A DNA stretch of 64,000 nucleotides, taken from Octopus vulgaris (lineage: Eukaryota). Below, in pieces: positions 13,853 through 27,991 of this stretch (positions within the stretch are counted from its first letter, which is position 1; the number at the start of each line of letters is the position of its first letter). The notes below the pieces were generated by a model, which ran no database searches, had not been told where the DNA came from, and worked only from the letters and a program-made list of their open reading frames with translations. The translations under genes were made by a program, and so were the position numbers. The DNA lies in NCBI GenBank assembly GCA_951406725.2, contig OX597814.1, forward strand, positions 118,916,001-118,980,000. The letters are read 5' to 3'.

Positions 13853-14248
13853 GGCGGCGAGCTGGCAGAAACGTTGGCACGCCGGGCGAAATGCTTAGCG
13901 GTATTTCGTCTGCCGTTACGTTCTGAGTTCAAATTACGCCGAGGTCGACTTTGCATTTCATCCTTTCGGGGTCGATAAATTAAGTACCAGTTACGCACTC
14001 GGGTCTATGTAATCAACTAAATCCGTGCGTCTGTCCGTGTTTGTCCTCTCTGTGTTTAGCCCCTTGTGGGTAGTAAAGAAATAGGTATTTGTCTGCCGAT
14101 ACATTCTGAGTTCAAATTCCGCTGAGGTCGACTTTGCCTTTCATCCTTTCGGAATCGATTAAATAAGTACCAGTTACGCACTGGGGTAGATATAACCGAT
14201 TTAATCCTTTTGTCTGTCCTTGTTTTTTTCCCCTCTGTGTTTAGCCCC
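13853..14248 (+). mobile_element. SINE family A, head-to-tail dimer
   Basis: Full unit, then AAAGAAATA|GGTATTT junction and a second headless unit. Confidence 0.9.
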
Positions 14249-14924
14249 TTTTGTAGATCAAAGCCGTAACAGAAGTTGATTGTGTTGGGAGTTATAACCT
14301 CGTAATAACTGGGATTCCATTCTTTTCCACATGTAAATATTTCGTTAAGGCGTTCCCTTGTATTAACAACATTAAACTTCACCAATTATTACAATTATAT
14401 AACAACTGGAAAATGTTACAAAACGGACCACTCAATAACCATCAAATATAGGTCCATAGCAGTTTTGAAGTGCATGAGGAAGTGGAAATTTCGTAGTAGA
14501 AATGTGCCATTAGGGGATACGTTGAAATCCAATAGGGGATGTCGAAATAGGGTAATGTAAGTTTTGAAAACTTTAGTCTAAATCATATAGACGCATACAC
14601 TCATGCATTTATGTTCTTTGTATGTAGGTGTGTATTGTATAAACGTATAAGCTTATGATAAACATATGCTTATCCAGTTGTCACCAAATGTGACTGAGGG
14701 GTCCGCGTAGCAACTATATTGCTAGAAAGAACAGTTAAAACAACCTAGAGTCGCAAGAGGCCGCATTTTTATATATTGACAGGCGAGATAACCGGCTCCC
14801 AGCAATGTTAGATCAGTACACTTGACTCATTTTGCTTGAAAATTATAATCTTATCAGTAGTGACTTCTCTATCGCTGAATGTATTGGCTAACCCCTTCCT
14901 GCCAATATATATATTTATCACATG

Positions 14925-15852
14925 AAGATCCCATTTCTTTTAGCAACACTTTAATAGCTGTGGGCCCACGAATTGCAAGCTACTGGAGTACATGATCCTC
15001 AATCGAGACGGGACGCCTGTGCCCTTTAAAACAGTGTAGTGACGTCCAGTCTGGGGTTGGTATAACTTTCGATACCAAAGTTGGGTGCCATCCACTTCAG
15101 AATCTTCCATACATATATAACTGCATACCGCTCCAGTCTTCGCTCCAGGGTGTAGAGTCATAGCCATTTCAGTCTCTCCCAGTAGCTAAGCTGTTACATT
15201 TATGCAATCTTCCTAATGTAACACCGCTGAACTGTCTCACGTTCCGCGAGTAATTTGACACTAAATCGTGACGACAGATGAGAGCAGTAGTCCAAAAAAA
15301 TGAGTAGAAATATCATCTATAGATCCAGTATAGTTTCCTGGTCCATCGTTCTAAAGGTTTGAGAATCAATCTGGCCATTCTTCTGCACACTACCACTACC
15401 TTGATCACATCAACACCCGGACCAAATACTGTATGTGACTCTGGGATTACCACTCATTTCGTTGTTGCGACTTCTGAGCACAAATTTGCTGGTAGGAGGT
15501 GGTTTCGAATTTACTTGCATAAAAGTGCATGTTGTTATTTCAGCCGTTTTATGTCCTTCTGTAGAAGATTAGCATCCGATGGTCCCTTGACTGCTTGTAC
15601 CACCTTTGTGTCGTCCGTATAGCTAGTAAGTGTGACTGCCTGTGTAACTGATGGCATATCAAAAAGAGGCCCCATGAACAATGGCATTCCCAATAGAGCT
15701 CCCTGAGGCGCCCCATTCTCTATTACTGTTTCCTTGGAGAGGAATACATTGGCTGCCACAGCCTGCTTTCTGTCTTTTAAGAAGTCATGTAACCACTCTC
15801 CCAGTTTTCCGACTATGCCAAGATCTCGTAGTTTGTGACATATCATCCCATG
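14925..15852 (-). pseudogene. Degraded CR1/L2-group LINE reverse transcriptase fragment
   Basis: GAPQGALLG (GVPQG motif), YTDDTK (YADD motif), WLHDFLKDRKQ; TGRH...GPQL C-terminus matches the 8372 fragment. Confidence 0.85.
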
Positions 15853-15927
15853 ACCGACCGTCTCAACGGTCTAGATATACATACATACATACATGCATAT
15901 AGATGTATATGTTTATATGTCTATATG

Positions 15928-15982
<55 letters not shown>

Positions 15983-18088
15983 CTATATATATATATATAT
16001 ATATATATCTGTGTGTGTATGTACGTAAGTATGTATGTATATATGAATGTAAATATGTATAATTTATATGTTCTTATGCATATGTACATGTGTGTGATGG
16101 TTTCTGTGCATTTATGTCTGTTCACATATAAGCACGTAGATATGGTCTGTCTGTTTATAAATCGTGCTAATACGACTTCATTTTAGAAAGTAGTTAGGAT
16201 TGGTTAAAATGGCTCTTAAAAGAAAATCGATCTTGTTCTTTTCGTTACTTTTCGTATAAATGCATTTGACGTGTTCTTCATTTTTTTTATATTACGTTTT
16301 AAAGCGATGATTTAATTTTCTTTTCATTTCAAAAGTATAAAATTCCTAACTAATTTAATGATTTCATGTCTATAAAACAATTTTAACATCATTGTTTTAT
16401 CTAATTGAATTTCTTTCACGCACATCAAATGAAGAAAATGCATAAAAATACAATGTAAGATGGCATTTTTCGTCCATTTCTTTTATATTTGTTTGATCTA
16501 ATTCCTAAAGTAATTACCTCTAGAGCTTTTACGTTAATGGGCTACCTGAACGATTCACTCAAATATTTTTGTCTGAAGGCTAACACAGAAAGGTCGAACA
16601 GAGAATAACGTCAGTAAATTCTTATATATTACATTATTTCAAATTCTCAGTCAATTTTAGGTAAGAATTATTATACGTACGAGATTTTCCATCTTATAGT
16701 TTCTACCGATACTTTTTGTAATAGCTATTTATCTATATAAAATAATATCATTTCTTTTTCTATTTATGAATATTCTCGTATCCTGTAATGTGTTTATGGA
16801 AAATGCTTTCACTTAATGCAATATTAAAAATAAATTGAGAAATATTCTCTGGGAAATATTCTTACTCTAAAAGTTTTGATATTTGTTAAAATGTAATTAC
16901 GCAATGATGAGATAATTTGGAATTTATAATTTTACTTGTTCTTAGCATAAAATAAGTTTTAAACGTACCTGTAAAACGTTCACAGTAATAGATTATACAT
17001 TTTCAAATATCTAAAAACATTTGCTCTCATCACTGTGAACTGCTGCAGAAAATTGATGTTACTTAATGGAAATATCTAATTTAGTAAAGGAATGCATGGC
17101 GATCAGGATCGATCTTTTGTAAAAGTAGACATGACATGTACATTTGGATGTTAGATTTTCTACATTGAGTTACTTTCTTACAATAGTAAAAGAGCAGATC
17201 AGATTTCTTTTTACCATTCTGTCATTTATGACAGAGAGAATACATATGGGAAATAAATCTGGAAAGAGGCTACATCTAAGTATTTTTCAAGTAAGATTTT
17301 TTTTCCTGCTATAATGCAGAAGTATTAATTCCGAAATACTCATAACAGTTTTAGCAATTTAGTGTTTTCGTGGTCGCTTCAACTTGATCGAGGCATATAC
17401 TTTATACTCATATTATTGTTATTAGAATGAACGTAAAAGCGTCCAACACCCATCAAATTTGAGCTTTGATTCAGAGGTTCATATAACAACACAAAGAACT
17501 CAAATCTCTTTATGATTTTAAGTTTTTAGTCTTTCTTTAATCTGTCAATTTTTTCTAGTCGATAATCATCTCCAAAATAAATGATGAAGTAAAAGTTCCA
17601 ATAATATTTGATGCGAGACGTTGCAGGTTGGGTCACCTGAAACATGCTGATCAAAAACATAGTTTTCGCATTTGAGAGTAGATATAGGTTGCATGTTTTG
17701 AAATAAGCAGTAAGATTTCAATAGACAATAAATCTGTAATTCATAAAACCTAATATATTCCCTGTAGATGAGAGAAACTGGATAATATTTTATATATGCA
17801 AGCTTGGGGTTCCGCAAGTTTTAGAAATTTACCTATGAGTTTCTACACGTAAAACGTGCGCAACATTTTACTTTAGATAAATCGATTTTGCCACGTATAA
17901 AACACAAGAAACTTCTAAGAAAGAGATAGAATCTACGCATCTTCATCTCATTAAAAATCTTCACATTGTCCCGGAAACAAAAGGAAATTTGACTCCAAAA
18001 TTAAACTAGCTATTCATTTTGCAATTCCACAAAACATACACACACCACACACGCACAAATATATACATATATATATAGTATATATATA

Positions 18089-18152
<64 letters not shown>

Positions 18153-18954
18153 CACCATTGTGTATAATTTCTTACGATGTTCTATTGTCTTATTACTTCA
18201 ATTCTTTTCGGATTATTCACGTGCTTCATCTTTAATCAGAATTTGGCTTTTATTTACCGAGAACTAAAGACAAAGACGCCAAAATTATTTATTATACCTG
18301 ATAGTCGCTGAAAGATTAACGTTATTAAAGAGTGAAACTGGAGGTTTTCTTATTCAGAAGAGATTCCATTCAAATTATCATCTCTTATAGTTCAATGGAA
18401 ATAAGTTAGTTTTTTGTTTTCTTTTCGAAAATCTTCATTACCTTTGATTAGAGATCAAGTTATAATAATGTTAATGAAAAGGAGCTAAAAAACTTCGAGA
18501 AACTAATTTCAAACTGTGTAGGAACTGATAAATTATATACTCTTCAGTAGTTTAATTCAGCAAGCAGTCTATTAAATGGTTATTTCAAATAAAATAAATC
18601 GATTAGAAGGACTCAAGCTATATAATTACATTTAAAGGTAGAAATGAGAAACGATAATTATATTTTCAAATACTTGTGTAACAGGTTCTTCGAAGTGTAG
18701 ATTCGAATGTATTCTCTTTTTATCAGCGTATGCATTTTATTCTGCACGTTTTGAATTCCCCAGAAAATATTAGTCTTCTAAGGTGTACTCATAAAATTGA
18801 GGACTTTCTAAAGAATTTCTCTAACTCAGATATCAAAAGTGTTTCGTAGGAACATCTAATTTAACCGTTTTTTCTTCTTTTCTTTGTGTTATTTGATAGC
18901 ATTGAGATAACGGTAAATTGTATCATTCAGGACAATGATTACATCAAAATATTG

Positions 18955-19100
18955 GTTTTCCATTTTGGCACAAAGCCTGCAATTTCTGGGGGAAGGGTAG
19001 GTCGATTAGAATAATCTCAGAACTGAGCTGTTACTTATTTTATCGATCCCCAAAATAATGAAAGTCAAAGTCGACCTCGGCAGAATTTGAACCCAGAACA
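18955..19100 (-). mobile_element. SINE family A, diverged partial copy
   Basis: ATGAAAGTCAAAGTCGACCTCGGCAGAATTTGAAC. Confidence 0.65.
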
Positions 19101-19349
19101 TCTGACTATTGTAGAGGTTCAACATGTTTCCTCTATTAGAATTGATTTGGGACTAAACTGCAAGAAGATTCAGTGTCTGACGAGCAAGCACACTGGAAAC
19201 GTTTCAGTTTCCAGCATCTCAGTTACTCTCTTAATATATAACGATAACCCTGTAGGCTCGTTCATTAGCCCTTATTTTATGATCAGAATAAATAATCATC
19301 TACTGTATGGGAAAATAGAGCATATTTTTTCACTCATTGGACTTTGAAG

Positions 19350-19770
19350 AGTTTTATCTATTTTTGTAAGTCTGGTACTTATTCTATAAGTTTGTTTTGC
19401 CGAACCGCAAGTTAAAAGGACAAAACCAAACTAAAGGCATAAAAAAAAATTTAAGTCTGTTGTCAAGCGATGTCGGTGGGAGGGGACAGTCGGAGATACA
19501 ATAAAATGCACACAGTTGCGCACATGTAACACATATATGTGTGTGTGAAAGTGTGTGTGTGTGGTGAGCGAGGTTTTGTTTTGTGTGTGTGTGTGTGTGT
19601 GTGTGTGTTTATATATACAGTGGGTTTCTATGTATACTCCATCCAAATTTTCTCACAAGACATTGTTCGAAGCGGGATTATAGTCAAAGACACTTGCACA
19701 GACAAAGTGTTGCGCAGTAGAAGTGAACCTGAATCCACGAGGTAATTTCAAAGTAAGCTGTTTAGCCACA
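19350..19770 (-). mobile_element. SINE family B, diverged copy
   Basis: TTTTGCCGAACCGC, GTTGTCAAGCGATG and GACACTTGC motifs in family order. Confidence 0.65.
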
Positions 19771-19975
19771 ATTTCTACAGAAATTAAAAATGAAAGATTA
19801 AATCTTTATATTCTGACATAGGACATTCTAAACATCTCTTAGAACACAGTTACTATATTAGGGAAATGTTGTTCCAGCCCTGTTGATATAAATAATGAAG
19901 TTCATAAATGGACCCATGTGTCTTACGTCCCCTGATGCTGTAGCTCCCATGTCATTTATCTTAATTTAACATTTT

Positions 19976-20206
19976 TATTTATTTATTGCCCACAGGGGGC
20001 TAAACATAGAGGGGACAACCAAGGACAGACAAGGGGATTAAATCGATTATATCTACCCCAGTGAGTGACTGGTACTTATTTAATTGACCCCGAAAGGATG
20101 AAAGGCAAAGTCGACCTCGATGGATTTTGAACTCAGAACGTAACGGCAGACGAAATACCGCTAAGCATTTCGCCCGTCGTGCTAACATTTCTGCCAGCTC
20201 GCCGCC
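19976..20206 (-). mobile_element. SINE family A, full length
   Basis: Match to family A. Confidence 0.9.
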
Positions 20207-20429
20207 ATTGATAATGTGTTACATCGTACCTTGAGATTCAAACATGGCCCATCTCTTCGGGTCGAAACACAGCAGATTTTTTTCAGCAAAAAAAAAGTAA
20301 AGAAACGGTTGTGCGTTTATTTAATGCATCCTCAAAAGGAACACAAAGTCAAATTCAGGTATGATTTGAACTCAGTATTCAGAGGCCAGGGACCAGAAGT
20401 GTAAGAGATTTTAACCGGCACTCAAAATA

Positions 20430-21042
20430 TTGGTTTCATACTTTGGCTGAATACAAGAAATTTCGGGAGAGGAGGTAAGTTGATTACATCGATTCCAGTA
20501 ATCTACTGGTCCTTATTTTATCAACCCCCGTAAAGATGAAGGGCAAATCGACTTCGGCGGAATTTGAATTCAGAAGGTAAAGGCAGAGTAAATGTCACTC
20601 AGCATTTTCTCCGTCGTGCTAACGATTCTTATTTCTCTATTGCCCACAAGGGGCTAAACATAGAGGGGACAAACAAGGAGAGACAAATAGATTAAGTCGA
20701 TTACATCGACTCTAATGCGTAACTGGTATTTAATTTATCGACTCCGAAAGGATAAAAGGCAATGTCGACCTCGGCGGAATTTGAACTCAGAACGTAGCAG
20801 GAGACGAAATACCTATTTCTTTACTACCCACAAGGGGCTAAACACAGAGCGGACAAACAAGGACAGACACACGGATTTAGTTGATTACATCGACCCGAGT
20901 GCGTAACTGGTACTTATTTAATCGACCCCGAAAGGATGAAAGGCAAAGTCAACTTCGGCGGAATTTGAACTTAGAACGTAGCGGCAGATGAAATACTACT
21001 AAGCATTTCGCTCGGCGTACTAACGTTTCTGCCAGCTCGTCA
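20430..21042 (-). mobile_element. SINE family A cluster: old copy plus dimer
   Basis: Three successive body units. Confidence 0.85.
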
Positions 21043-22544
21043 CTTTCAACGCTCTCAATATTAAATTACGTGGAATATGTATTGTATGAGTTGTTATAGC
21101 ATTGGTAGCTGATTGTGTAGAATGCGTGATGTGTCTCTTCTAATATCACCATGACGAAATAGTTGGATGGGATTAATATCGGCCTTCTGTGTCACTGAAA
21201 TCCTTTTGGGATTGACATTTTTGATCTCGTAAACAGCTTTGGTGAATAAATTTATCCAACTCTCTGGATATCAATGTCTTATGGTATTTATTGTTATATT
21301 TAGCGGTTATACGATTCTTTTCTATCGGTTTAATAAAAGAAGCTGAAATTTGGAAATTAATCTTCGTCTTAGTTACTTCTTTTGACGGTGCAAACTAAAG
21401 ATTGCTATCTATACGTGGATATTGCATATATGAAAAAAAGTCACCTTGCGATATAATTATTGTCTGAAATTTACATGAAACACTCCAGTTTCTTGGGAGA
21501 AAACTTACGGTTTTCTAACTTGAGCACGATGCTTTAAATGTGAGGAAGTGTATAGATTAAATAACCATACAAGAAGATTTCTGAAGTTAAATTACTGATT
21601 TTAGAGTGACTGAAACAGAAAACTCGCGATCGACGAAGTCTGAACGCAGAGCTCAAATAAATGCAACGAAATATAACAGAGCATTTGTTCCGCTACTCTC
21701 AACAAGATACCAATACATTGCTATTTTTTGTGGATTATCTAATAGCGATCTCTCGAGGGTGGTGGATTAGCATAGTCAGAGATTTAGCAGTCAAAATACT
21801 TGCGTTATATAAACCTAAGACTCGATTATCTGACGTCGGAGCTCACTGTGGTTACTATATCAATTTAATGCTCTTCCGCCAGATATTACTTATTATTTGG
21901 AACCAGTCAAAATAAGGTCCTTATTTTAAGCAGCTATAAACTTCCCCGAATTCCTACAGTTTCGTGGCCAAAGCTTTGTGCTAAAAATTATTTTAATACC
22001 ATTTTCACATTGACAATTTCAAAACCTTCCAATACGCTTATGACATTAACATGACTTCAATCCTTACTAACATAAATTTTGTTTGTTTCCTTATTTTATT
22101 ATTATAATTAAAGAAATAGTAATTAAGGACCAAGAAATCGACAGATAGTCTCAGTCAGCAAAATGTATGAAATTTGGTACGATATATTCTGTGTATTTTT
22201 GTTAAGAATATATGTTTAAAGTTTACCTGTAAATTATTTACTGCAATACACGCAATCTGACATAGAAATAAAGCTCTCAAGAAGCTGTATTACATTTTCT
22301 TCTCCGCATTATTCGGCTATTAAGTATTTCTCTTTAGCTGACACGTCTTCTTTCTTTAATTACACCAGAAATATTGTCAATACAATACTTGGAATAGCAC
22401 CCGCTTGAAAATAATCTACAGTTCACGGAACTAGGACAGAACCATATATGAAATCCGCCATTCGACTTGCTGGGTATAGAAGTCAAATTTTCCTCCAATC
22501 ATATCGCATCATAAGAAAGATAAATATGACACATAGTAATAAAC

Positions 22545-22700
22545 TGATTTCAAATTTTGAGACAAGGCTACCAAGTTCGGGGGAAGGTATAAGTCAAATG
22601 CAACAAGTACTCACCTAGTACTTATTCTATTGATTTCGAAACAAAGAAAGGCAAAATCGACCTTGGCGGCATTTGACTGCAGAACGTAAAGACGGACGGC
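22545..22700 (-). mobile_element. SINE family A, diverged partial copy
   Basis: GAAAGGCAAAATCGACCTTGGCGGCATTTGA. Confidence 0.6.
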
Positions 22701-22872
22701 TGCTGTATTTTCTTATCATTGTGTGTGATTGGGCATTATTCAGTTCTCATTCCACAGTCACATACAAGAGAAAACCAAGCAACTGAGAATAATTAGGTTA
22801 AGAACCCTGAAAACTTGCATTAATTATGGAAATATTTAACATCTGGTAAGACGCGTAGTTGTTGTTGGATGT

Positions 22873-23248
22873 GTTGTTGGCATTCCGTCGCTTACGACGA
22901 CGAGGGTTCCAGTTGATCCGATTCAACGGAACAGCCTGCTCGTGAAATTAACGTGCAAGTGACTGAGCATTCCACAGACACTTGAACTCGTAACGTACTT
23001 CTGGGCCATATTCAGCGTGACACAGAGCGTCACAAGGCTGGCCCTTTGAATTACAGACACAACAGAAACAGGAAATAAGAGTGAGAGAAAGTTTTGGTGA
23101 AAGAGTACAGCAGGGTTCGTCACCATCCCCTGCCGGAACCTCGTGGAGCTTTTAGGTGCTTTCGCTCAATAAACACTCACAACGCCCGGTCTGGGAATCG
23201 AAGCCATGATCCTATGACCGCCAGTCCGCTGCCCTAACCAATGGGCCA
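22873..23248 (-). mobile_element. tRNA-derived SINE family C with ~14-bp TSD
   Basis: TGGCCCATTGGTTAGGGCAGCGGACT head, CTTCGATTCCC B box, CAACAAC tail; flanks TTGTTGTTGGATGT (22859-22872) and TTGTTGTTTGATGT (23249-23262). Confidence 0.85.
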
Positions 23249-23805
23249 TTGTTGTTTGATGTAATGCATCAGAAAGTATTAAATTCATTAAGAAAAATCT
23301 TGTTGACGATGATCGTAAAGTATATTCTTCTTGACTGTTCCAAGGTTGGATATTCTACCCGTTCCGTTAGCTTTACTTATGAATATTTATGTTCGGTAAA
23401 CGACTCCTACCAAAAGGGCTTCCTTTTCAGGTTTTATAAGAATTTAATGCGCAATGTGATACAAATATGCATTCATGTTAAAATATCAATATGCATCTCT
23501 CTGAATGATGCTGTATCATAATTTAAACCAAGGGATTAAATCAAATAGATATTTTAATCCGAGCATATACCATGCAAATATAGATGCGAATGTAATATCT
23601 TCTCAGATGAATATGAGTTCGGAAAGCAGACGGACACCAATTGTATGCCTTATAAAACAAGCATAAAATATGGCGCCAAAGTTAATACATTTCTAGAAAA
23701 AAATGTACTAAAACAAAAGCAAGTGTAATATTAAGAAATGCTCAGAGACAAAGTCATCAGAATTAATTTGTTTTCTTTTTCTTTCTATGCAATAACCCAC
23801 CATAT

Positions 23806-23913
<108 letters not shown>

Positions 23914-24724
23914 AAGGAGAAAAAGAAGAAAAGAAAAAGTAGAAGAAGAATTTTACTTATTTACCGTTTATTATTACTATCATTCTCACATCGTCAGCGT
24001 CATTATCATCATCATCATCAACATCATCATCATCACGATTTCATAGTATTTTGCTTGCCTTGAGTGTGCTGCCGAACACAGAATATTATGAAATAGGTAT
24101 GAGAATTGTGCTTTTGTAGATAAAAAAAGCTGTAAGTAAATTGCTCTGCCTGATACGTGTTCACTGAGCATCAGTTTTATATTTTGTATCGTAAACATTT
24201 GCCTGCTTGTCTTTCTACCATCAGACAAGTACTTATAATTTTAAAGATATTTCCTATACGTTCAATCCTCGAGTATGGCTTTAAAATTAAAGAGCATGAA
24301 ACTGATAGATTAGTTAATACTACGTCAACAGTGCCCGGAAGTCTAAGTTACTCTGCGACAATTACATATGAATAAGTCTCTTTCAACAATACCGTAGATT
24401 CGTAAGTAGCATTTTATGTAGTCAAAGCAGAAGGAAGGACGCACAAAATATCTCAGCCTGCGTTAGTCTACACCAAGAAAATAAAATCTGCATCGTGAGT
24501 TGCATTCAAGCGTCAGTGATTAGAAACCACATTCGCTAGTGAATATAAATCACAATGAGTAGAACCCACTGTAGTAAAAGAGTCGTAGTTCGTACGTAGT
24601 TCCAGTTATTACCCTAAATTAGCGGCTGCAAATAATATAAAATATATATTTAGATGCGGAAATCTATTGATAACCTATAAAAGATAATAGCATCAATTCA
24701 TAAAAGCTGTAGAGGTAAGATAGC

Positions 24725-24990
24725 ATCTGTAAAGCTATACTGATTAACGTTTATGTCAGCATCATGATCGTAAGATTGTGGTTTCGATTCCTGGAACGAG
24801 AGACGCGTTGTGTTCTTGAGCAAAACGACTTCATATCACGTTGCCCCAGTCCACTCAGCTGGCAAAAATGTGTAACGCTGCGATAGACTGGCGTCCCGTC
24901 GAGCTGGGGAACACATACGCCATTGAAACCAGGAAACTGGGCCCATGAGTCTGGCTATGCTTTAAAAAGGCGCATTTATTATTATTATTA
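24725..24990 (+). mobile_element. tRNA-derived SINE with family D body and a tail shared with the 33031 copy
   Basis: GGTTTCGATTCC B box; TTGTGTTCTTGAGCAA body; CTGCGATAGACTGGCGTCCCGTC...GAAACCAGGAAACTGG tail. Confidence 0.7.
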
Positions 24991-25266
24991 ATAATATTAA
25001 GCATGTTTTCGGCTATACCTGGAAGCTAATAAATGTTATATTTCAGAAGTTTTTAAATTAAGTTAAACTTGGTCGGAAGATAATCAGAATAATATGGTGT
25101 GTCATAACGCCCCATATTTGATTCCAATACGATATTTGTTCATGGTTAATGATAGTATGCCAGATTGATTTGCATCAATTTATACCGCCACAAATATACA
25201 CTCAAACACATACATACATACATACATACATACATACATACATACATACATACATACATACATACA

Positions 25267-25358
25267 GCCGTCCAAGAATTTGGACCTGAAGATCTCCATT
25301 TCCAGCGACTTCGGGGGCCACCTTCCAGTGGTGTCGGGTGGCAACAAAGAGCCCTCGA
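25267..25358 (+). ncRNA. Predicted HDV-like self-cleaving ribozyme (split P1, no P4)
   Basis: P1 GCC+CGAC/GTCGGGT, P2 TCGGGGGC/GCCCTCGA, P3 ACC/GGT, L3 TTCCAGT, GG, catalytic-C position 25345; manual fold only. Confidence 0.55.
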
Positions 25359-25467
25359 CTACAACAAAACGACTAAGTTTTTTTTCCAAGGTCTGGGATC
25401 TCCCCTCCCTAAGCCCTAGACCATCACCTAATTACTCTTACCCGGCTTGTTGCTTAACAACAACAAC
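25267..25467 (+). mobile_element. Short non-autonomous retroposon without tRNA head, (AAC)n tail, copy 1
   Basis: Colinear with 33597-33822 from the same first base. Confidence 0.8.
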
Positions 25468-26526
25468 TATATGTACACACATGCACAAACACACACATAT
25501 ATGTATATGTGAATATGTGTATATGTGTGCTTGTGCGCGTGAATATATGCATACGTGCGCGTACACAAAATAAACACCTATGCACAAAAATCGAACTTGG
25601 AATTTCTACAACAAATAAATGTTTAGAGGGAAAGTTTCTTCCAGATCTTAATGCTATCAAGAGATTTTAAAATGTATTTAAAAAGCAAAGATCACGTTTA
25701 CTTCGTCTTTATTCCTTCAAATACACTCCTGTTCTGGGAAATTTAATTTAATTTAATTTATCTTAATGCACACAGGTGGTGATGAAGATTAACAGTATAA
25801 AAATTAATAATCATATTATTCGGTTCTTTATTAACCAGAAATCATTCTCTTTCTAGATTTACTTCGATTTTTACGTGTTATTGATTTGTTTCATAGATTA
25901 TAATGCATTAATAATATACATGATCTTACTTAAAAATAAAAACGTTATGAAATATTTCCTCAGATAGAATCAAATTTCTATTATAGAACTATATTTATAA
26001 CTTTTCGCAACTGGATGGAAAATTTCCAGTATATACAAGAAGTAGAAATTATCAAATTGAATGACAATGTATGTGGATTATCCTTTTAATTTATGAATAG
26101 CTTTTGTTAATTTTGTCATAACTATATATTATTTTGCTTTTGATATTTTATACGTTTCCATTTAATCAAAGCTTATATGCACTTAGGAAGGCGTTTCCAT
26201 TAGCTAATTAGCTGTTCCAGAGATTACAAAATATATTTCAAAGTACAGTTCATCTCAGATGTCTGGGTCTTGGTTCAAACCAACACTAAGGATACTTTTG
26301 TCAGTTTTATTTCATCGAGTTTAATAAAGTAAGACTAATCTAAATTATTTGACAGCATGAATAATGAATTAGCTGCACATACTTTAGAAATGGTGAACAT
26401 AGGTGTGTTGGTTTTGTTAGAGATTTCGATTGTTAATTGATACAAGATCATAACTATCTGAAAGATTCCGGTGCACTTTTTTTATAAGTCACAGGTTTAT
26501 ATCTTGCGCCAAAATAGAATATTCTA

Positions 26527-27020
26527 AGGCGGCGAGCCGGCAGAAACGTTTGCACGCCGGGCGAAATGCCTAGCGGTATTTTGTCTGCCGTTGAGTTCTT
26601 AGTTCATATTCCGCCGAGGTCGACTTTGCCTTTCATCCTTTCGGGGTCGATAAATTAAGTACCAGTGACGCACTGGGGTCGATATAATAGACTTAATCCG
26701 TCTGTCTGTCCTTGTTTGTTTCCGCTGTGTTTAGCCCCTTGTGGGTAGTAAAGAAATAGGTATTTTATCTGACGGCGAGTTTGCAGAAAGGTTAGTACGC
26801 CAGGCAAAATGCTTAGCGGTATTTCGTCTGCCGTTACGTTCTGAGTTCAAAATCCGCCGAGGTCGTCTTTGCCTTTCATCATTTCGGGGTCGATTAAATA
26901 AGTACCAGTTACGCACTGGCGTCGATATAATCGACGTAATCCGCTTGTCTGTCCTTGTTTGTCCTCTCTGTGTTTAGCCCCTTGTGGGTAGTAAAGAAAT
27001 AGGTATAATCGACTTAATCC
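26527..27020 (+). mobile_element. SINE family A, tandem multimer
   Basis: Two near-full units plus a third stub, joined at AAAGAAATAGGTAT. Confidence 0.9.
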
Positions 27021-27386
27021 GTGTGGTGGGAAAATTACATATATCTTGGTTTCACATTCAAACTTAATATTGTGGGGTTTCAGTGATTAAGAAAGGTATT
27101 AATTGGAAATTGCATGTTTAGAAACGAGCTTCAAACAGATAATTACAAATATCCAAAAGGCAATCTTGACTTCCATCTTAATGTGGAGGTTGTCCTAGAA
27201 CACAGAATACTGCGTTACTTATCACGAGAGCATCTCTCATATGGACCCGTTGTATATAGAGGCACAACTACGTATAACGTCGACGGACAAAAGCCCTCAG
27301 CTACAGCTGCCTGAATTGCCAGATCATGTGACTTCAGACTGCTATGGGCTACTTAGTGACATATGTCCAGCAGAGACACAACAGCC

Positions 27387-27669
27387 CAGCGCCGTCGCAT
27401 AACTTTTAGAGTCCCCCTGCAACTTTTTGTTTCGAGGTCCCCGTCTCTTCTATCTAAATTCATAGTCTACGCACCTTTATTATCTACAAAAATTCAAGCA
27501 TAGTCCCTTACATATTGTATTAAAAATGAAAAAAAAAAAAAACTAACGGTATATCCTTTTTTCTACTCCTTTGTCAACAGCCTTTGTTGCCTTAGGAGGT
27601 CAAAGGCCACTGTTCTGGGTACAAGGTCTCTAGCTTTTTAACAACGTCAAATAAAAACACCAAATATAT

Positions 27670-27763
<94 letters not shown>

Positions 27764-27899
27764 ATATACATATGTATATACATATACATATATATATACA
27801 TATACATATATATATATACATATATATATATACACATATATATATACATATACATATATACATATACATATATATACATATATACATATACATATATAC

Positions 27900-27991
<92 letters not shown>

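Noticed and set aside
17559-17626. Candidate 68-nt exon (TTTTCTAG|...CAG|GTTGGG; SIIISKINDEVKVPIIFDARRC)
   Set aside because: Weak donor, unrecognised peptide, no partner exons; needs RNA-seq
25405-25420. CCCTAAGCCCTAG telomere-like motif in the ribozyme-headed element
   Set aside because: Only two imperfect units; too short to interpret
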